Made by a program: the position numbers and the translations under genes. A DNA stretch of 64,000 nucleotides from the human T2T-CHM13v2.0 reference genome, Homo sapiens: the NCBI RefSeq assembly GCF_009914755.1, contig NC_060937.1; one strand, written 5' to 3'. The notes below the pieces were generated by a model. That model ran no database searches, had not been told where the DNA came from, and worked only from the letters and a program-made list of their open reading frames with translations. Positions 43,868 through 60,910 of this stretch are shown one piece after another (within the stretch, counting starts at the first letter, position 1; each line of letters opens with the position of its first letter).

Positions 43868-46247
43868 ATCTAGGGCAAAGATCATCTGTATGGCAGAAAA
43901 AGAACTTAAGGGAAGTTCTCAACAGACATGATGGGAAGAATTGCCCTTTCTGGGTGTGGGAGAAGGAGACGAAAATTTGAAGGGAGAGAGTAGGTGGAGA
44001 GACATGTCTGGTTCCTGAAGACCTGGTGAATATATAGCCATCCCAGAGAGATGGAAGGTTGAGGCAGGGGCTTTTGAGCCTCTTTTCCATTTAGAACCCT
44101 GGGAAGAGATACCACTTTGCATTTTGCTCCCGCTCAGAACTTGGTAATCACAGTAAAATAGGAATGGCAGAGGGGTACACATAGGCAGGAAGCCAAATTT
44201 GGTGGCCCTGAGATTCCCAAGTTTCACGTGGAAGATGTGGAAGGAAACCAGATATTCACAGGTATTCTCAGTGAGAGAGTCATGTGGCAGCTGAGAGTAG
44301 CAAGCCAGATGGTTAACCACAAATGGTCCTGTTGAGAGGATGACCCTGAAGCAGAGGCTCTGGGGTGGATGGTCAGACCAGAGCAGGATGGAGTCTGTGG
44401 CTGAGATCTGCACACTGCAGCACCCACAGAGCCAGGGGAGGAACCCATGACATTGCTAAGAGAATAGATCACAGCAGGAAAGACATCAGGTCCACTGTGT
44501 CCAGGTGAACAGGAAACATCTCCAAAATGGCCAGCACACACACCCAGACTCCACACTGTTACTACCAGGTCACCGATCCCCTGTGCTCAGCAGCCATCTC
44601 GCATAGGGGAACAAGGAGTAGAGACAGCCTGAAAGCCTGAGTCATCGCCCTAGAAGTGGGAAAGTTAACCCATTAGAAACGACGGAGACACTGAATGATC
44701 AAGTTTCAGTCCTCCCCTCTGCCAAAACCTTCCACACTCACTCGACTGGAAATACACACCAAAGTGAAAAAGAAATAAGCAACAGTTTTTGGACACATCT
44801 CAGTTTGCCAAGTATTGCGCTTTTATCCTTCTCTTGAGTATGTTCCTCTCCTTTCCATGTGCATCCGAAACTGGTCAACCTGAACTTGGACTGTGGGAAC
44901 CAGAACCAAATGTGGGTCCGGTATACAGTACACAGCATTACATTTATCATGAACCTAAGACTATTAAAATAAAAACAAGAATAAGAATGCCATCTACTGG
45001 CGTGGAAAGCAGCAAGGCCCCTAACAAACCTGCAGTTAGTTTAAATGGGAGAAAGAATGAAAAGTTTTGCATTATTTTGTTATGAAACAGTGATAACAGC
45101 TAGAGAATAGAGATTTAAATATAAGTAGTATTAAGGGGACAGAGCACAAATAAATTTCTTTTAAACTAGTAAATCTTTCACATTCATGTCCCAATTTTGT
45201 GTTTGCTACTATAAACTCCATCTGAATGCAAAATAGATAAATATAATAAAACAGAGGTTTTATTTGTTTTACTGATTTATCAAGCTGTTTAAAAACAACC
45301 TAATGTTGATCTTTATTCATCATTTTTTTAAATGTGTTTATAAATTGCTTTGCCTATGTAAACAGAATGATAGAATATATGACTCTATTTGGCTGTTCCT
45401 ATTTTCTGTATATTGAAATGGAATCGCATTTTTTTTGCATAGAAGGCAAACCAGACACTGATGAACCATACCTGTCAATATTGATTACCATTGACAAATA
45501 TTGATATTTATATGAATTTTTATATAATATTTGTATGATTACCATTGATAAATATTGATATTTATATGAATTTTCCTCAGTTGGTTGATGATAATACAAA
45601 TTTTTTAATTTTTCAGTGGAGAATTTATTTCTAATCACTTACTTGTTCTTTGAAAATCCTACTCAAATCATGATATTTTATTAGGTCCTTGATAATGTTT
45701 CCTTAAAATGTTCACAGTATCAAGGTTCATTTTATTGCCTATAAATATCTCATTGTTCTAGCACCACTTGTTGAAAAGATTATATTTTCCCCATTAAATT
45801 GCCTTGCCACATTTGTCAAACAGCAGTTGACTAAATGTGTGTTTATTTCTAGATTTTATATTCTGTTCCATTAATCTATTCATCCATACACCAATTCCAC
45901 ATTTTCTTGATCACTATAGCTTTATAGTAAGCCTTGATATCAGATAATGTAAGATTTACACTGACTTAACACTGTAAGTCATCCACATTTGTACTTTTTA
46001 AAGTTTTTTTGTCTATTTTGGGTACTTTCTACTACCATATAAATTTTAAAATAAGCTTGTCAATTTCTACAAAAAAGGCTGCAGGGATTTTAATTGGGCT
46101 TGTGTTTAATTTATAAATCAATTTGGGGAAAATTGCCATCTTAACAGTACTGAGTCTTCCAATCCATGAACACGGTATAGCTTTCCATTTATTTAGGTCT
46201 CCTTAAAATTTTGCTAAGCAATAGTTTGTAGTACAAAATTTAATTAA

Positions 46248-46676
<429 letters not shown>

Positions 46677-47007
46677 TAAGACAAAATAATAAATTGGACT
46701 TCATCAATTAAAATTTTGTTCTTCTAAAGACATTGTGATGAAAATAAAGGGCAAGCCTCAGACTGGGAAGAAATATTTGCAAAGCATATATAAGAAAAAA
46801 AAACTTGTATCTAGAACGTACGAAGAACTCTTACAATTCAATTAGAAGACAACCCACTGTTTAAAATGAGAAAAAGACTTGAACAGATATTCGATCAAAG
46901 AAGATATACAGATGGCAAGTACATCAAAAGTTGCCCAATATTATTAGGCATTAGGGAAATACAAATTAAAACTACAATGAGATCTCGCTACATTTCCAAA
47001 CATTACT

Positions 47008-47303
<296 letters not shown>

Positions 47304-48152
47304 CCAAACGTTACTTTTTTTAGAATGGCTAAAATTAAAAAGACTCTCCACACCAAGTGCTGGGGAGGATGTGGTGCTACTAGAACTTTTATATACTGAT
47401 GGAGGAAATATAAAATTGTACAATAAATTTGAAAAACACTTTGACAGTTTTAAAGGTAAACATATACATGCCATACAACTCAGAGATTTCATTCTTAGGC
47501 ATTTACCTAAGACAAATGAAAGCAAAGACTTGTAAAGGAATGTTCCTAGCAGCTCTATGTGTAATAGCCAAAACTGAAAACAACTCAAATGTCCCTCAAC
47601 TGAGGAATGAATAAATAAATTGTCCTATATCCATATAATGCATTGCTACTCCACCATAAAAAAAGATTCAAATTTAAAAAAGAATAAGAATGTTGCTATG
47701 TGCAACAACATAAATTAACTCAAAATAATGTACTTTCTTATTGTCTGAACTATCTAAAAAACAAACAAAAATAATGAGCTGAATGAAAGAAGATAGAAAA
47801 AAAAACCCACATATTATATTATTCCATTTATATAAAATCTGATAAAATGCAAACTAAACTATAGTGACGCCATGCAGACCAGTTGTTGCCTTGGGAAGAA
47901 GAGGGAGGTTAGGGAGGGGAGTAAAAGATAGATTACAAAGGTTCACAAGGAAACTTTTAGAAATGTAGATACATTCACATATCTTGATTGTGGTGATGGT
48001 TTCATGGGTGTGTACATAAGTCAAAACTCATCGAAGTGTACATTTTCAATACATACAGTTCATGGTATGTTCATTATACCTCAATAAAGCTATAAAAATA
48101 GTGTCACACAGCAGTGGCAAAAAAAATGGTTAGATAATATATTAATTTTTAA

Positions 48153-48455
<303 letters not shown>

Positions 48456-49634
48456 TCAATTACTCTTTACTTTCAGGAATTTAGTTTTGCTTTGATATTT
48501 CTGGTGTTTAAAATGCCAATGACACTATTAACACAGTACTAATATAACAGATCTCATATTCGTGTACTTGTGCTCAGGGTAGAGCTGCAGAGTAATGTAA
48601 CTGCATCTTCAAGCTTGATCCCACCCTCCCCCTCAAAAAAAATTCTGTCATTGCACTCTACCTATATTTTTGATAAACAAATTAAGAGTTCACAAATTAT
48701 CTCTACAATTGAGTTTCAGCATTCAATTATTAAATCCATCTATGCTGGTAGATATGAAAATGCAACGTTTGGCAACTTTTGAGGTTCTTAAATGATCCAA
48801 CTGGTCGTGCAGACTAAAATAAAACCAACAATAAAAACGCAAGCCAACCTCACATAGTTGCTAGCTAAATTACCATAAAAATAAAACCACTTCCCCCACC
48901 CTAGAGTTGGCCTTGTTAATAGGGTAGAAACGTAAGCTTTCAAGTATTTCTTGGGTTTTCTTCTTTTCCAGTGGCCACTGGGCCTGCTTCCCTTTACTGA
49001 GAATGAAGTTAATAACAGAATGACAGGAAACAGGCATTATTCATTTCACATGTGGACAAGAGAAGTGAAGGGAGAACTTTCTTCTATTTGAGCTTAGAAA
49101 GAAGAATTTAGAAGTGGCCGTTCTTAGAACAGCATCACAGTGATACTGTAACTTGTAAAACACCTTTGGAGGCATGAGAGCTCATCATCCATTTCCCTCT
49201 GTCCCAACAAGGAAGTTTTAAACAATCTCAAATGACTGTAATAATTTACAAAAGTCTTCAAATCTTTGGAAGAGAAACCCTGAATCTCTTTTAGAAACAT
49301 TCTTTTCAGCCAGGGTTCATCCCAACTTTAAGGGAACCTCTTCAAGGATCAAAGAACTCATTACTTTTAGTTTCCTCTTGTTTCAGAGTCCATGACCAGC
49401 TCTTAGTCCTGGCTATAAACACGTTCCCAGCTCTTCACACTCTGGCTACAAAGAGTGACTCTTCATAGGAGGAACAGCTGGAGGAGCATGACTTTGAGGG
49501 GCTCTCAAGGCCCACCTCCCTCCTCTCCCAGGCTAAGCATTCAATAAATATCTGTTAATGTAGGATTAAATACATCTCAAGCATAGACACAGTGAACTGA
49601 AAATGTTACCTTTAGAATCCAAAATGGTTTAGAC

Positions 49635-49970
49635 CAGCAGTCCCCAACCTTTTTGGCACCAGGGATTGGTTTTATGGAAGACAATTTTTCCATGATGGGG
49701 GATTGGCGGGGGGATGGTTTGGGGATGAAACTATTCCATCTCAGATCATCAAGCATTAGATTCTCATAAGGAACAAGCAACCTAGATCCCTCGCATGCGC
49801 AGTTCACAAGAAAGCACGTGCTTCTGTGAGAATCTAATGCCGCAGTGGATCTGACAGAGTGGGAGCTCAGGCAGTAATGTGTGCTCGCAGCTCACCTCCT
49901 CCTATGCAGCCCAGTTCCTAACAAGTCACAGACCGGTACGTGTCTGCAGCCTGGGGGTTGGGGAGCCCTG
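49635..49970 (+). mobile_element. MER1B hAT-Charlie MITE
   Basis: CAGCAGTCCCCAACCTTTTTGGCACCAGGG...GGTTGGGGAGCCCTG; 8-bp TSD GTTTAGA(c/t). Confidence 0.92.
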
Positions 49971-50759
49971 GTTTAGATCAAACAAGTGGGAAAATTGTCT
50001 CCAGAATCAGAAAGTATTTACTTTATAGAGTCACTGTGAGAATTAAATGACATTTCTGCAAGGAAGCACCTAATAGGCACTATCTGGAAAGGAGGCGCCT
50101 CAGAGAATATCAAGACAACAAAACTGAGTTGCAGAAGGTTGAAGCAACTTGTGAAAGTCACTCACTCAGCTCGTGCGAGAAAGAGCAGGCTTGGAACTCC
50201 CATGTCGTAGCTCCTAGGCCAGCGCTTTGTACTTGACAACGTCACCATAGAACTCCAGGAATTACACGGAACTTTCCAACAAATCCAGGACCTTCAGGGT
50301 AATGAGATCCAAAATGGGCAAATTTCAGTGGGGAATGACATGTGAAGAAAACAGAGCAGGAAAGAGTAAATGCACAAGATTCTCTTCAAGTTCAATGTTC
50401 AATCACTTGTTTTCTCACTTCCACCATACTCTTGATGGGCATTTTTAGCTTTGTTTTATGAAAGAGAAAACTGGGATTCTGAAAAGTTCGGCAATGTATC
50501 TGAGGCATGGTCTTCTGACTCCAAGTTTAGCTCTATTTCTACTCCATAGCAATACCAAGGCTTGGATGGAAGCATGCAATGAGCATCATAAAGGGGTCAG
50601 GCTAGGAGAAGCCACACAGGGTGACAGCCTGGGTCTGGGGAGGACAAGGAAAGTCCTTGGGAAAGGAGGACACAGAGACACATTCACCTGCTTTACAGTG
50701 GGGCAAGGGCCCTTCTAAAATCGAAGCATGGAATACAGCAGCCTGGCCATTGTCTAGGA

Positions 50760-52010
<1,251 letters not shown>

Positions 52011-52226
52011 TTATTAATATCTGCAACATACATTGCATCAGGTAATTTAGATATACTGACCTCAATTTGATTTGTACAATAGGTACCTGAAATGTCACTT
52101 ATTCTCTTTTAATAATAAGGAAACAGCCTCAAGGAAGCTAAATAACTTGCCCAAGACCACCAGTGTATGTGGGAGCAAGAATTAAAATTCAGATCTCTCA
52201 ATCTGCAAGATCCATTGTTTTTCGGA

Positions 52227-52760
<534 letters not shown>

Positions 52761-53229
52761 TCCATGTTTTTTTTCACCATATAGCACAGGAACCTGTATG
52801 ATGAGATTGGTGGAGCCCCTCGGCAGGCACCCTAACTAAAGGCCTTTCTCACATTCATCCCTCATTTTGTACTTAAATGGTTGGTTCTTCAAGATGTCCC
52901 TCTTGAAACTCTAATCCTGAAAGGGAAGAAATATGAAGCCAGGAATAATCAATATTTCTTTAGGGATGGATTAGATGACAAATAAAAAGAGAACATGTGC
53001 CTTGGGCATGGTATTCAGGGTAAGGGCCTAGAGTGAGTAGAGTAGAAAATCAAAGATTACAGAACTGTCCAGGGCACTGATGGGCCCAAAGATATGCTTC
53101 ACAAACTTTTCATTTTTCCCAGAGACACACTAGGACTAATTCTAGGAAAATCATACGTACATCACTACTCCATTCCTCAATAATAGAATTTATTACATAA
53201 CATAGTAATATACCTGTTGCTATACTGTT

Positions 53230-53380
53230 GTTTTTGTTCACTAAACTGTGAGACTCTTGAGCCTGGGGAATGTAGCTTACTCATCTTTGAATCCCCAGTG
53301 CCTAGCACAATTTTGGGCACATAATAGGAGCTTAATAAATGTTTGTTGAATTAGTTGATGAAGTAAACGATTGAATGGAT
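53230..53380 (+). mobile_element. L2 3' end
   Basis: TCCCCAGTGCCTAGCACA...GGCACATAATAGGAGCTTAATAAATGTTTGTTGAAT. Confidence 0.75.
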
Positions 53381-53991
53381 TATCATACAAGACCTGGGAG
53401 GAACCGAGAAAGGAAACTCTAATAATCAGCCATGAAAACTCTTTTTGAGCCTTTTGTCTTTTCTCCTGACTTCAAACACAGACAGAACTATCTTAAATAA
53501 CACTATTGCAATGGGATTTCAAAGTGATTACTGCATATCACAATAACTAATGTTCCAATTTAGAGCTGTGGGTGATTGGTTCAGTATGAAACAGCAGTGA
53601 ATGCTGAGAGAAGTGCCTGAAATCCAGTAGCTCATTGGTTAAATATTGGTTTAATTTAAATCTGAATCTTAATCCAGGCACCCTTTCCCTCCCCATGCAA
53701 CCTTTTTTTAGTTCTCCCTATTGTATGACTGTATCTGTGTCTGTGCACTATATTGCACCATAAATTCTTGAAATCAGGGACCATGATTTATTCTTACAAC
53801 TAGAAGAGCAATGCTTTAAAGATAGCGAGGATTCACAAGGTATTTGTGAAAACTAACAAGTCAGATGTACTCTCTTCCCATTCACTCCTGGTTAGAGTCA
53901 GTGAGAGCAGGCTTTTACCATGACAAGTCAATTGTCATTACTAGTTCAAACCCATATTAGGGTGGGAAAAAAATAGAAGGCATCAGCTATC

Positions 53992-54421
53992 TGATACGGT
54001 TTGGATCTGTGTCCCCACCCAAATCTCATTTTAAAATGTAATCCCCAATGCTGGAGGTGGTGCCTTTGTGAGAGGTAATTGGATCATGGGGGCGGTTTGT
54101 CATGGTTTAACACCATCCCACCTTGGTGCTATCATCACAAAAGTGAGTTCTTGTGAAATCTAGTTATTTAAAAAGCGTGTGGTGTGGCACCTCCCTCCAA
54201 ACTCCCTGCTTTCTTAGTCCTGTTCCTGCCATGTAACATGCCTGCTTCCACTTTGCCTTCCACTATGAGTAAAAGCTCCCTGAGGCCTCCCCAGAAGCGG
54301 ATGCTGCTGTGCTTCCTTGTATAGCCTACAGAACCAGGAGCCAATTAAACCTCGTTTCTTTATAAATTACCCAGTCTCAGTGGGTAATTCATTCATAGCA
54401 GTGCAAGAAGGGACTAATACA
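53992..54421 (+). mobile_element. MaLR solo LTR (MSTA/B)
   Basis: TGATACGGTTTGGATCTGTGTCCCCACCCAAATCTC...GACTAATACA; TSD CTATC/CGATC. Confidence 0.92.
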
Positions 54422-54499
54422 CGATCCCACAAGAAAATCTAATGGATTGTGTGTAAGAAAATGATGATTATTAAGCGTGATAAAACAATAATAATAATT

Positions 54500-54680
54500 A
54501 ATATTAACTAACATTTATAGAACACTTGCTCTTTGTCAGAACCGGTGCTAATGTATTTACATACATCAGCTCACTTAGTCCCCACAACACAAAATTCATT
54601 ATATACAATGATTATGCCCCATTTTCTGAATGAGCAAATAAAGGTATGGAGTCATTGAGCAGATCTCCTGGGGTTCTCCC
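54500..54680 (-). mobile_element. MIR SINE fragment
   Basis: TAACATTTATAGAACACTT...CCCCACAAC...CCCATTTTCTGAATGAG. Confidence 0.6.
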
Positions 54681-55899
54681 TAAGGGTTGAAGCAGGGTTA
54701 AGAGCAGGTTTGTTTGGGCTCAGGGATTCTGCAGATCTAAGTTATCAACATAATTTTTATTGCTTTACTTTATTCAGAGTTTATCTTTTATTTTTTTCTA
54801 CTTTTTAGCTCTATTTTTTTATTTAATCAGGCTATTTTTTAGTCTTTTAGAGATAGTCTACAAATATAGGATCTGAATTATTTCCAGAGTGCCTGTAGCT
54901 CTTTGTAGGAGTTGAGAGAGCTGATTTCTTGAGTGTCCTGAACTGTTCTATCACTTATAGTAATAATTACAGAACTAAAGTTATAATAAAATGGGATGTT
55001 TTAACCCATATTTTATGAGTCACAAGTGGCCTCTAAAAAGCTGCCATTTTATTATTTCTTTTAGAGATACTTAATAGGTAATGTCAGTAGTAAAGTTTAG
55101 TGTCCAACCAGCACTTAATATTTCCTATCTCCAGAATTATCAGCCCTCCCTAAAGGAAGAATAATCAAAGGAGATTTGTGATGTGTACATGTGTCAATCT
55201 AATGTCATATCACCTAGGTTAAATACTGAAAAATAAAGAAGTAGAAACTAAAGGGCTGCATCAACTATACAGATTGGGCAATAAGAAAAAGCACTGAAAA
55301 GAACCAAACTGAGGATATTATCCAGAAAATTAAAATTGTATGTGGCTGTACATATTGCATCTACTACCTGGAAGAAATGGCCTTAAGTTGTAGACACAGC
55401 ATGAAACAGCCATTGCAGAGTTGGTTAGTTTCACATTAACTCATATAATCTGACCTCTTCTGACATAGTTCAACATCTAAAAATTTTTCATTCTGTTCTA
55501 ATAAACTAAACATCTCTTCACCTGGGTTCGGCTAGATTTCCAGTAACTACCCTTAACTAGAAGCTGGGCTCCTACAGCTGCTGATTAACTGAATTCTTTT
55601 CAGCCCTTGCCTAGTTGCTTCAATTCCAATTCCTTCTTTGCATTTTCTGCAACAGAAGTATACATATTTACATCTAGGCATTATTGGAAGTAGTTTGTCA
55701 GCTCATAATTCAGCTTGCAACAAACCCTATTTGTTCCTTCCCCATACACCACTAACCTAAGATTGTAAATTCATTCAGGCACTACTGAAGTCTCTCCATA
55801 TGGAGTTAACACACACAGTAGCTGTTGCTCAGAGGTTTACCAGAAGGCCCCAGAACTTTTGAAGATATAGGAAATGTAAGTGATTGATCAGTGTATATA

Positions 55900-56830
55900 A
55901 TACCAATTCTTTGAGATCTGTTGAGACCTGCTTTTCAATCTAGTTTATGATCATTTTTTGTAAACATCCCCCGTGTGCTTAAGAATGTTATTCCTTAAGA
56001 GCTAGGTGCAGATCTCTGTTTGATCAAACTTGTTTATTGTGTTGTTCAAATATTTATATCTTCATTAGTCTTTCCTCTTAGATATTACGATAATTGAGAC
56101 AGATGAAATGAGTTTTTCCCTACTTATGGTGGTCTTATCTTCCTGTGGTTCTACACTTTTGTCTGCTTCATATACTTAAAATATTTCATTAGAGATATAC
56201 AAGCTTAGAGTTGCTGTATCTTCCCGGTGATTTCAGTATTTTATTATTATTTAGTGACTTTCTACATTCCTATTTGTCCTGACATTTTTGTTATTCCAGT
56301 CATAAAGCAGTTTATATGTAAATTGCCATATGCTGTTAGGTTAAACCAATAGAATCCTGTCTATGAAGGATTTGCCATTTTGTTGTAAATGTAACAACCC
56401 ATGGCACAAACACTTACAAGAAAAAGAGGGAAAATATAATAATAACACTTTCTGTCTTAAAGCCTAACCTGTCTGATAATGATACATCTCTACAACCTTT
56501 GTGTTGGTTAACATTTGATTGGTATATGTTTTTCCATCCTTTAAATGATTCTATGCCTTTATACTTCAGATGTTAGCTAGAATGTTTTTAAACTAATCTG
56601 ATCACTCCTGTCTTTAACTAGTATGTTTAATCTATTTTTCTTTACTCTATGATTGATATGGTTGGACTTGTTTTTGCAGTCTTTTTTATTTGTATTTGCC
56701 CCATTCGTAGTGCTTCTTGACGTTTTGGGGTTTATGTTATTTGTTTACTTTCGTTTGCTTACTTATACTTTTGTATATACTGAACCTATTGTGTATACTT
56801 CTTCAGAATCTCTTGCTCTACCTATCTTTT
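55900..56830 (-). mobile_element. Ancient L1M fragment (inter-ORF/ORF2 5' region), interrupted by a duplicated segment
   Basis: Reverse L1 motifs (GTGTTGTTCAAATATTTATATC; TGTCTTAAAG...TGTCTGATA; TTTTTCCATCCTTT). Confidence 0.65.
56271..56426 (+). repeat. Dispersed direct repeat, copy 1 (partner 59175-59334)
   Basis: Manual alignment: 7 substitutions and one 4-bp indel over ~156 bp. Confidence 0.95.
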
Positions 56831-56834
56831 ATTT

Positions 56835-57100
56835 TGGCTGCTGCTGCAGTGACCATTTCTATGTGGGCTCCATCCAGCTTGACATTGTGCAACCTGACAG
56901 CACCTTGCCTCAGCCCACATGTGTTTCTCACTTCCTGCCCTGCCGCTTCTGTGTTAAGCCATGGCTGGGGATGCCACACATGCAGGCATAATAGAGAAAA
57001 AGGGGGAAGCACCAATGGATAAATGCTTTTTTTTTTTTTTGAAAGGAAAGCCATGAAATTCATTTCATACAGCCTTTCAGCTGTATCCCAAATGTCCCTA
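56835..57100. mobile_element. Probable LTR33-like ERVL LTR fragment
   Basis: GCAACCTGACAGCACCTTGCCTCAG...CACTTCCTGCCC resembles LTR33. Confidence 0.45.
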
Positions 57101-57609
57101 ACGTGGAAGTAAGTAACCAGTTGCCTGTAGCAGCAGAGAGAAAGAGAAAAAAGAGAAGAGAGGAGGAAGAGTTTAAATGAGAAGATTCTGACTTCTTACA
57201 ACTCAAAATACTGGCAGTGGACAGATGTTAGCAACTCATGAAGCTCCATAGCTTTATAAAATAGGGACAATAAGGTCTGTTTACCTCACAGGATTCTTTT
57301 AAGAATTAAATGCATAATGTAGGTAAACCTGTATTTTAAAGTCTTTCTCTAAGTTTAAAGTGCTGTTTTAGCATGAAGGAGTGTTATTTATTATTGGCAA
57401 TATGTTGGGGTGGCAGACGGTATAAATGATTGCTATGCTTTCTAAAGATGATTCTAATACTAGACAGAAGCAAAATATTTCTTAAATGCTACAACAGTGG
57501 GACTTGCCTTGAAATTATCTTATCTATTTATCAATTCACTTCACAAATATTTATTAAGCCTAATGTTGCCATTGATGCTTCTGTTTGGGAACCAGTTAAT
57601 TGCTGGTTC

Positions 57610-57735
57610 CACCCTGTAGTATGTGACAGGAACAAATTACTTAACATCTCTTAGCCTCAGTTTTCTCCTCTTTCAAATGAGAATAATAATAATAATGATA
57701 GCAACAATGCAATAATAACTTCAAAATTAATATGG
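57610..57735 (+). mobile_element. MIR SINE fragment
   Basis: TTACTTAACATCTCTTAGCCTCAGTTTTCTCCTCTTTCAAATGAGAATAAT. Confidence 0.7.
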
Positions 57736-59174
57736 AGATGAAGACTAGCTGTTTTCCCTCTGACTACATACACTGCGCTGTGTGAGACTAGGCCCTATGG
57801 AGGCAAGGGATGTTCATATTAGCCTTGAATACTTCACGGAAGAAGGTTTTAGAAAACGCTTGAATTATAACCTGGAAGGACTTTGGGTTTGGGTTGCCCT
57901 GTCCCCCTTGCTACTTCTTTTGCCTTATTTTGGAAAAAGTGCTGTGAAGAAGAGTAATGCTGCAGGAAGGAATTGCTTGAAGTCCTCCTGAAGATTCTCC
58001 CAGCAATGAAGGGCAGAGTCTGAAATATCCATAGTTGGGCTGTGAGAGACAGCACAGTGTGAGTAATTGCCAAGACTTAGTACCATGCCACTCTGGGAGT
58101 ACATTATTTATAATTAGTGCCAGTAGGACTAGACACCTGTCTGCTCCAAAGGCATGAAATGCACACGATTTACCTCCATTCCAGCATTTCATCAAGAAAG
58201 AGCAATAGACACCTCTGTGCTTGAAAAGCGCAGCTCGACGACTCCCTATTGACCCCTGCCCAACTTTTGAGTTAATGCAAAAATTTCTATTTTTCTGATT
58301 TTATCTTTTTTTATGGCTGGGATATGTTATCTAGATCTTTGTACTGCTCATATTAATGTAGTCTCTAAACACAAGTCAAAATTCATTCTCTGATCCCAAA
58401 AGAGACTATAACTACTTTAAAGAATTTCTCTCCACCAATTCTTTTTTCAAGGGAATCCAGCTGACAGGACTGAGTTATTTCAGATGGTTTAGATACAAAA
58501 TTTTATGCACACATTTGTTTTTATATATACTTCTAGGTGTTCACACATATCTTTCACCTCTTTCAAAATTTAGAAGGAATAAAAACACGAGCCTTGAGTA
58601 CATCATACAAAATCTACTATCTGTCTGGCACATTCTTTGTTCAGACAAGTCTCCTTTCTGCATCGTCTTCTTTGCTGAGCCTATTTTATTCCATTTGAAG
58701 AGGCCAGTGTAAGTCTCTTCAGTTTGCACTAAGGCCTCGTACTCTTACTGTATAACTTGGGAAAGCAATCTGAAAAACAGCCATCTTTCGGGACTTCAGA
58801 AGCACCAAATCACAGTAAACTCCACGGAGGGAAGCAAAATAGAATGAAGAAGTCAGCCAATATTTTATTCCATTCCTATGAGGAAGGCTACAAAGAAAAC
58901 TTGTTTACACAAAAGTCAATACATCCAGAACATTCTTACACTTTCTAGGTAGGCTTCCTATGGGGTTACAAGACAAAAGTACATTGCAGCAGTCAAATTA
59001 TTTACCAAATAAAACAGCACTCACCCAGAAAGTGAACACACAATTCCAGTGATGTTGCATAGTCTCTCTGGCAACTGCTTTGTGCAGTATCAATCACAGT
59101 TTTTAATAATTTTAATTTTTAAATGGGGCAATAAATTTAAGTGGTATAAAAATATCAGCATATTTAACATTTCT

Positions 59175-59334
59175 TATTTGTCCTGACATTTTTATTATTC
59201 CAAACATAGAGCAGTTTATGTGTAAATTGCCATATGCTGTTAGGTTAAACCAATAGAATCCTGTCTATGAAAGACTTGCCATTTTGTTGTAAATGTGTAT
59301 AACAACCCATGGCACAAACACTTACAAGAAAAAG
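59175..59334 (+). repeat. Dispersed direct repeat, copy 2 (partner 56271-56426)
   Basis: Shares TATTTGTCCTGACATTTTT...GTAAATTGCCATATGCTGTTAGGTTAAACCAATAGAATCCTGTCTATGAA...AACAACCCATGGCACAAACACTTACAAGAAAAAG. Confidence 0.95.
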
Positions 59335-59649
59335 GAAAAAGTATCACATGAAAGTAGCAAGCAAACTTTGTACCTGTCTCAACAGAGTGGTAAATAATCT
59401 TGTGTTTGTCTTTGACTATGTTCTAACAATGGCCATGTTCTCTGTTTTACATGAAGGACATTAGGTAATGAAACATTATTTTTATTAGAAAATTTAGCAA
59501 TTAAACACAGGATATGTGGGTCCTGATGGCAAAGACTATGTCTTTAACTGTGTCGCTATCTTAGCTTTTAAAACATACTTATGCATACATCCCCACACAT
59601 ACATACACTCACACACAAGCACACACAGTGCAAGGCACAAAACAGGTAA

Positions 59650-59990
<341 letters not shown>

Positions 59991-60910
59991 TAAAAATTTT
60001 CTGTAAGATAAAATAATTAACTCAAACTTATTTCCTCTCTAAAACTGTTATCATAGAGTTTTGTTCCTACACAAAGACTGTTTCACAGAAAAGTGAATAT
60101 TACCCATATTTTAAGTCATTTAATTGTCTATTTGTTATGTACTTTATTTTACGATCTAGCATTCTAAGCCATACTGAAATAAATTGAATAGAGCAATAGA
60201 ACAAATTGCATGACATTAAATTTTTATATATCTAGCAGATCTTTGGGACAGTGGCTATTTAGGATGACAAAAGGGGACAAAGTAAGCAGTGGGATTTGAA
60301 GAAACAATTACATGATCCCAGGAAGGTGTTTCTTCTAATATCAATGATTCACTCTTTCATTCAATAGTTACTAATGCCTCTTAAGTACCAGGTCCTCTCC
60401 TAGGCACTGGGGATACAGAGGTGAGCAAGACCAACAAAGTCCCTGCTCTCATGGAGCTTACATTCTGTCAGTAAAGAATGTAAATTTACAAATTAGTAGT
60501 TATATAATGTCCAGTAGTGGTGAGTGCTGTGAAGTAAAGACAGCAGAACAATGTGACGCTCTTAAGCAGAGGGCAGCGTAATCTGATTTACACTTAAAAT
60601 ATCATTCTGCTGCTATGTAGAGAATAAACTGCAGTAAGCAACTGTGGAGGACAAGCTAGAATGGTATTGTCTTAGACAAGACAGGAAATAAGGACAGCTT
60701 GAAGTAGAGTATTATTGATGAAAGCCATAGAAGGGGTTATATGTGGAATCTATTCTGAAGGTAGAAGCAACAGGATTTGCTAATGGATTGGATGTGGAGT
60801 GAGAGAGACAGAGAGGTGTCAAGGATGATTTAAAGGTTTGGAGACTGAAAAAATACTGAATGAAGAAGAAACCATTTAAAGTAAGTGACATTAAGAAAAG
60901 AGTAGGTGTT

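Noticed and set aside
60563-60580. CTCF-like AAGCAGAGGGCAGC
   Set aside because: It lacks the conserved CC at the 5' core and lies in a decayed L2; a single weak motif is not enough.
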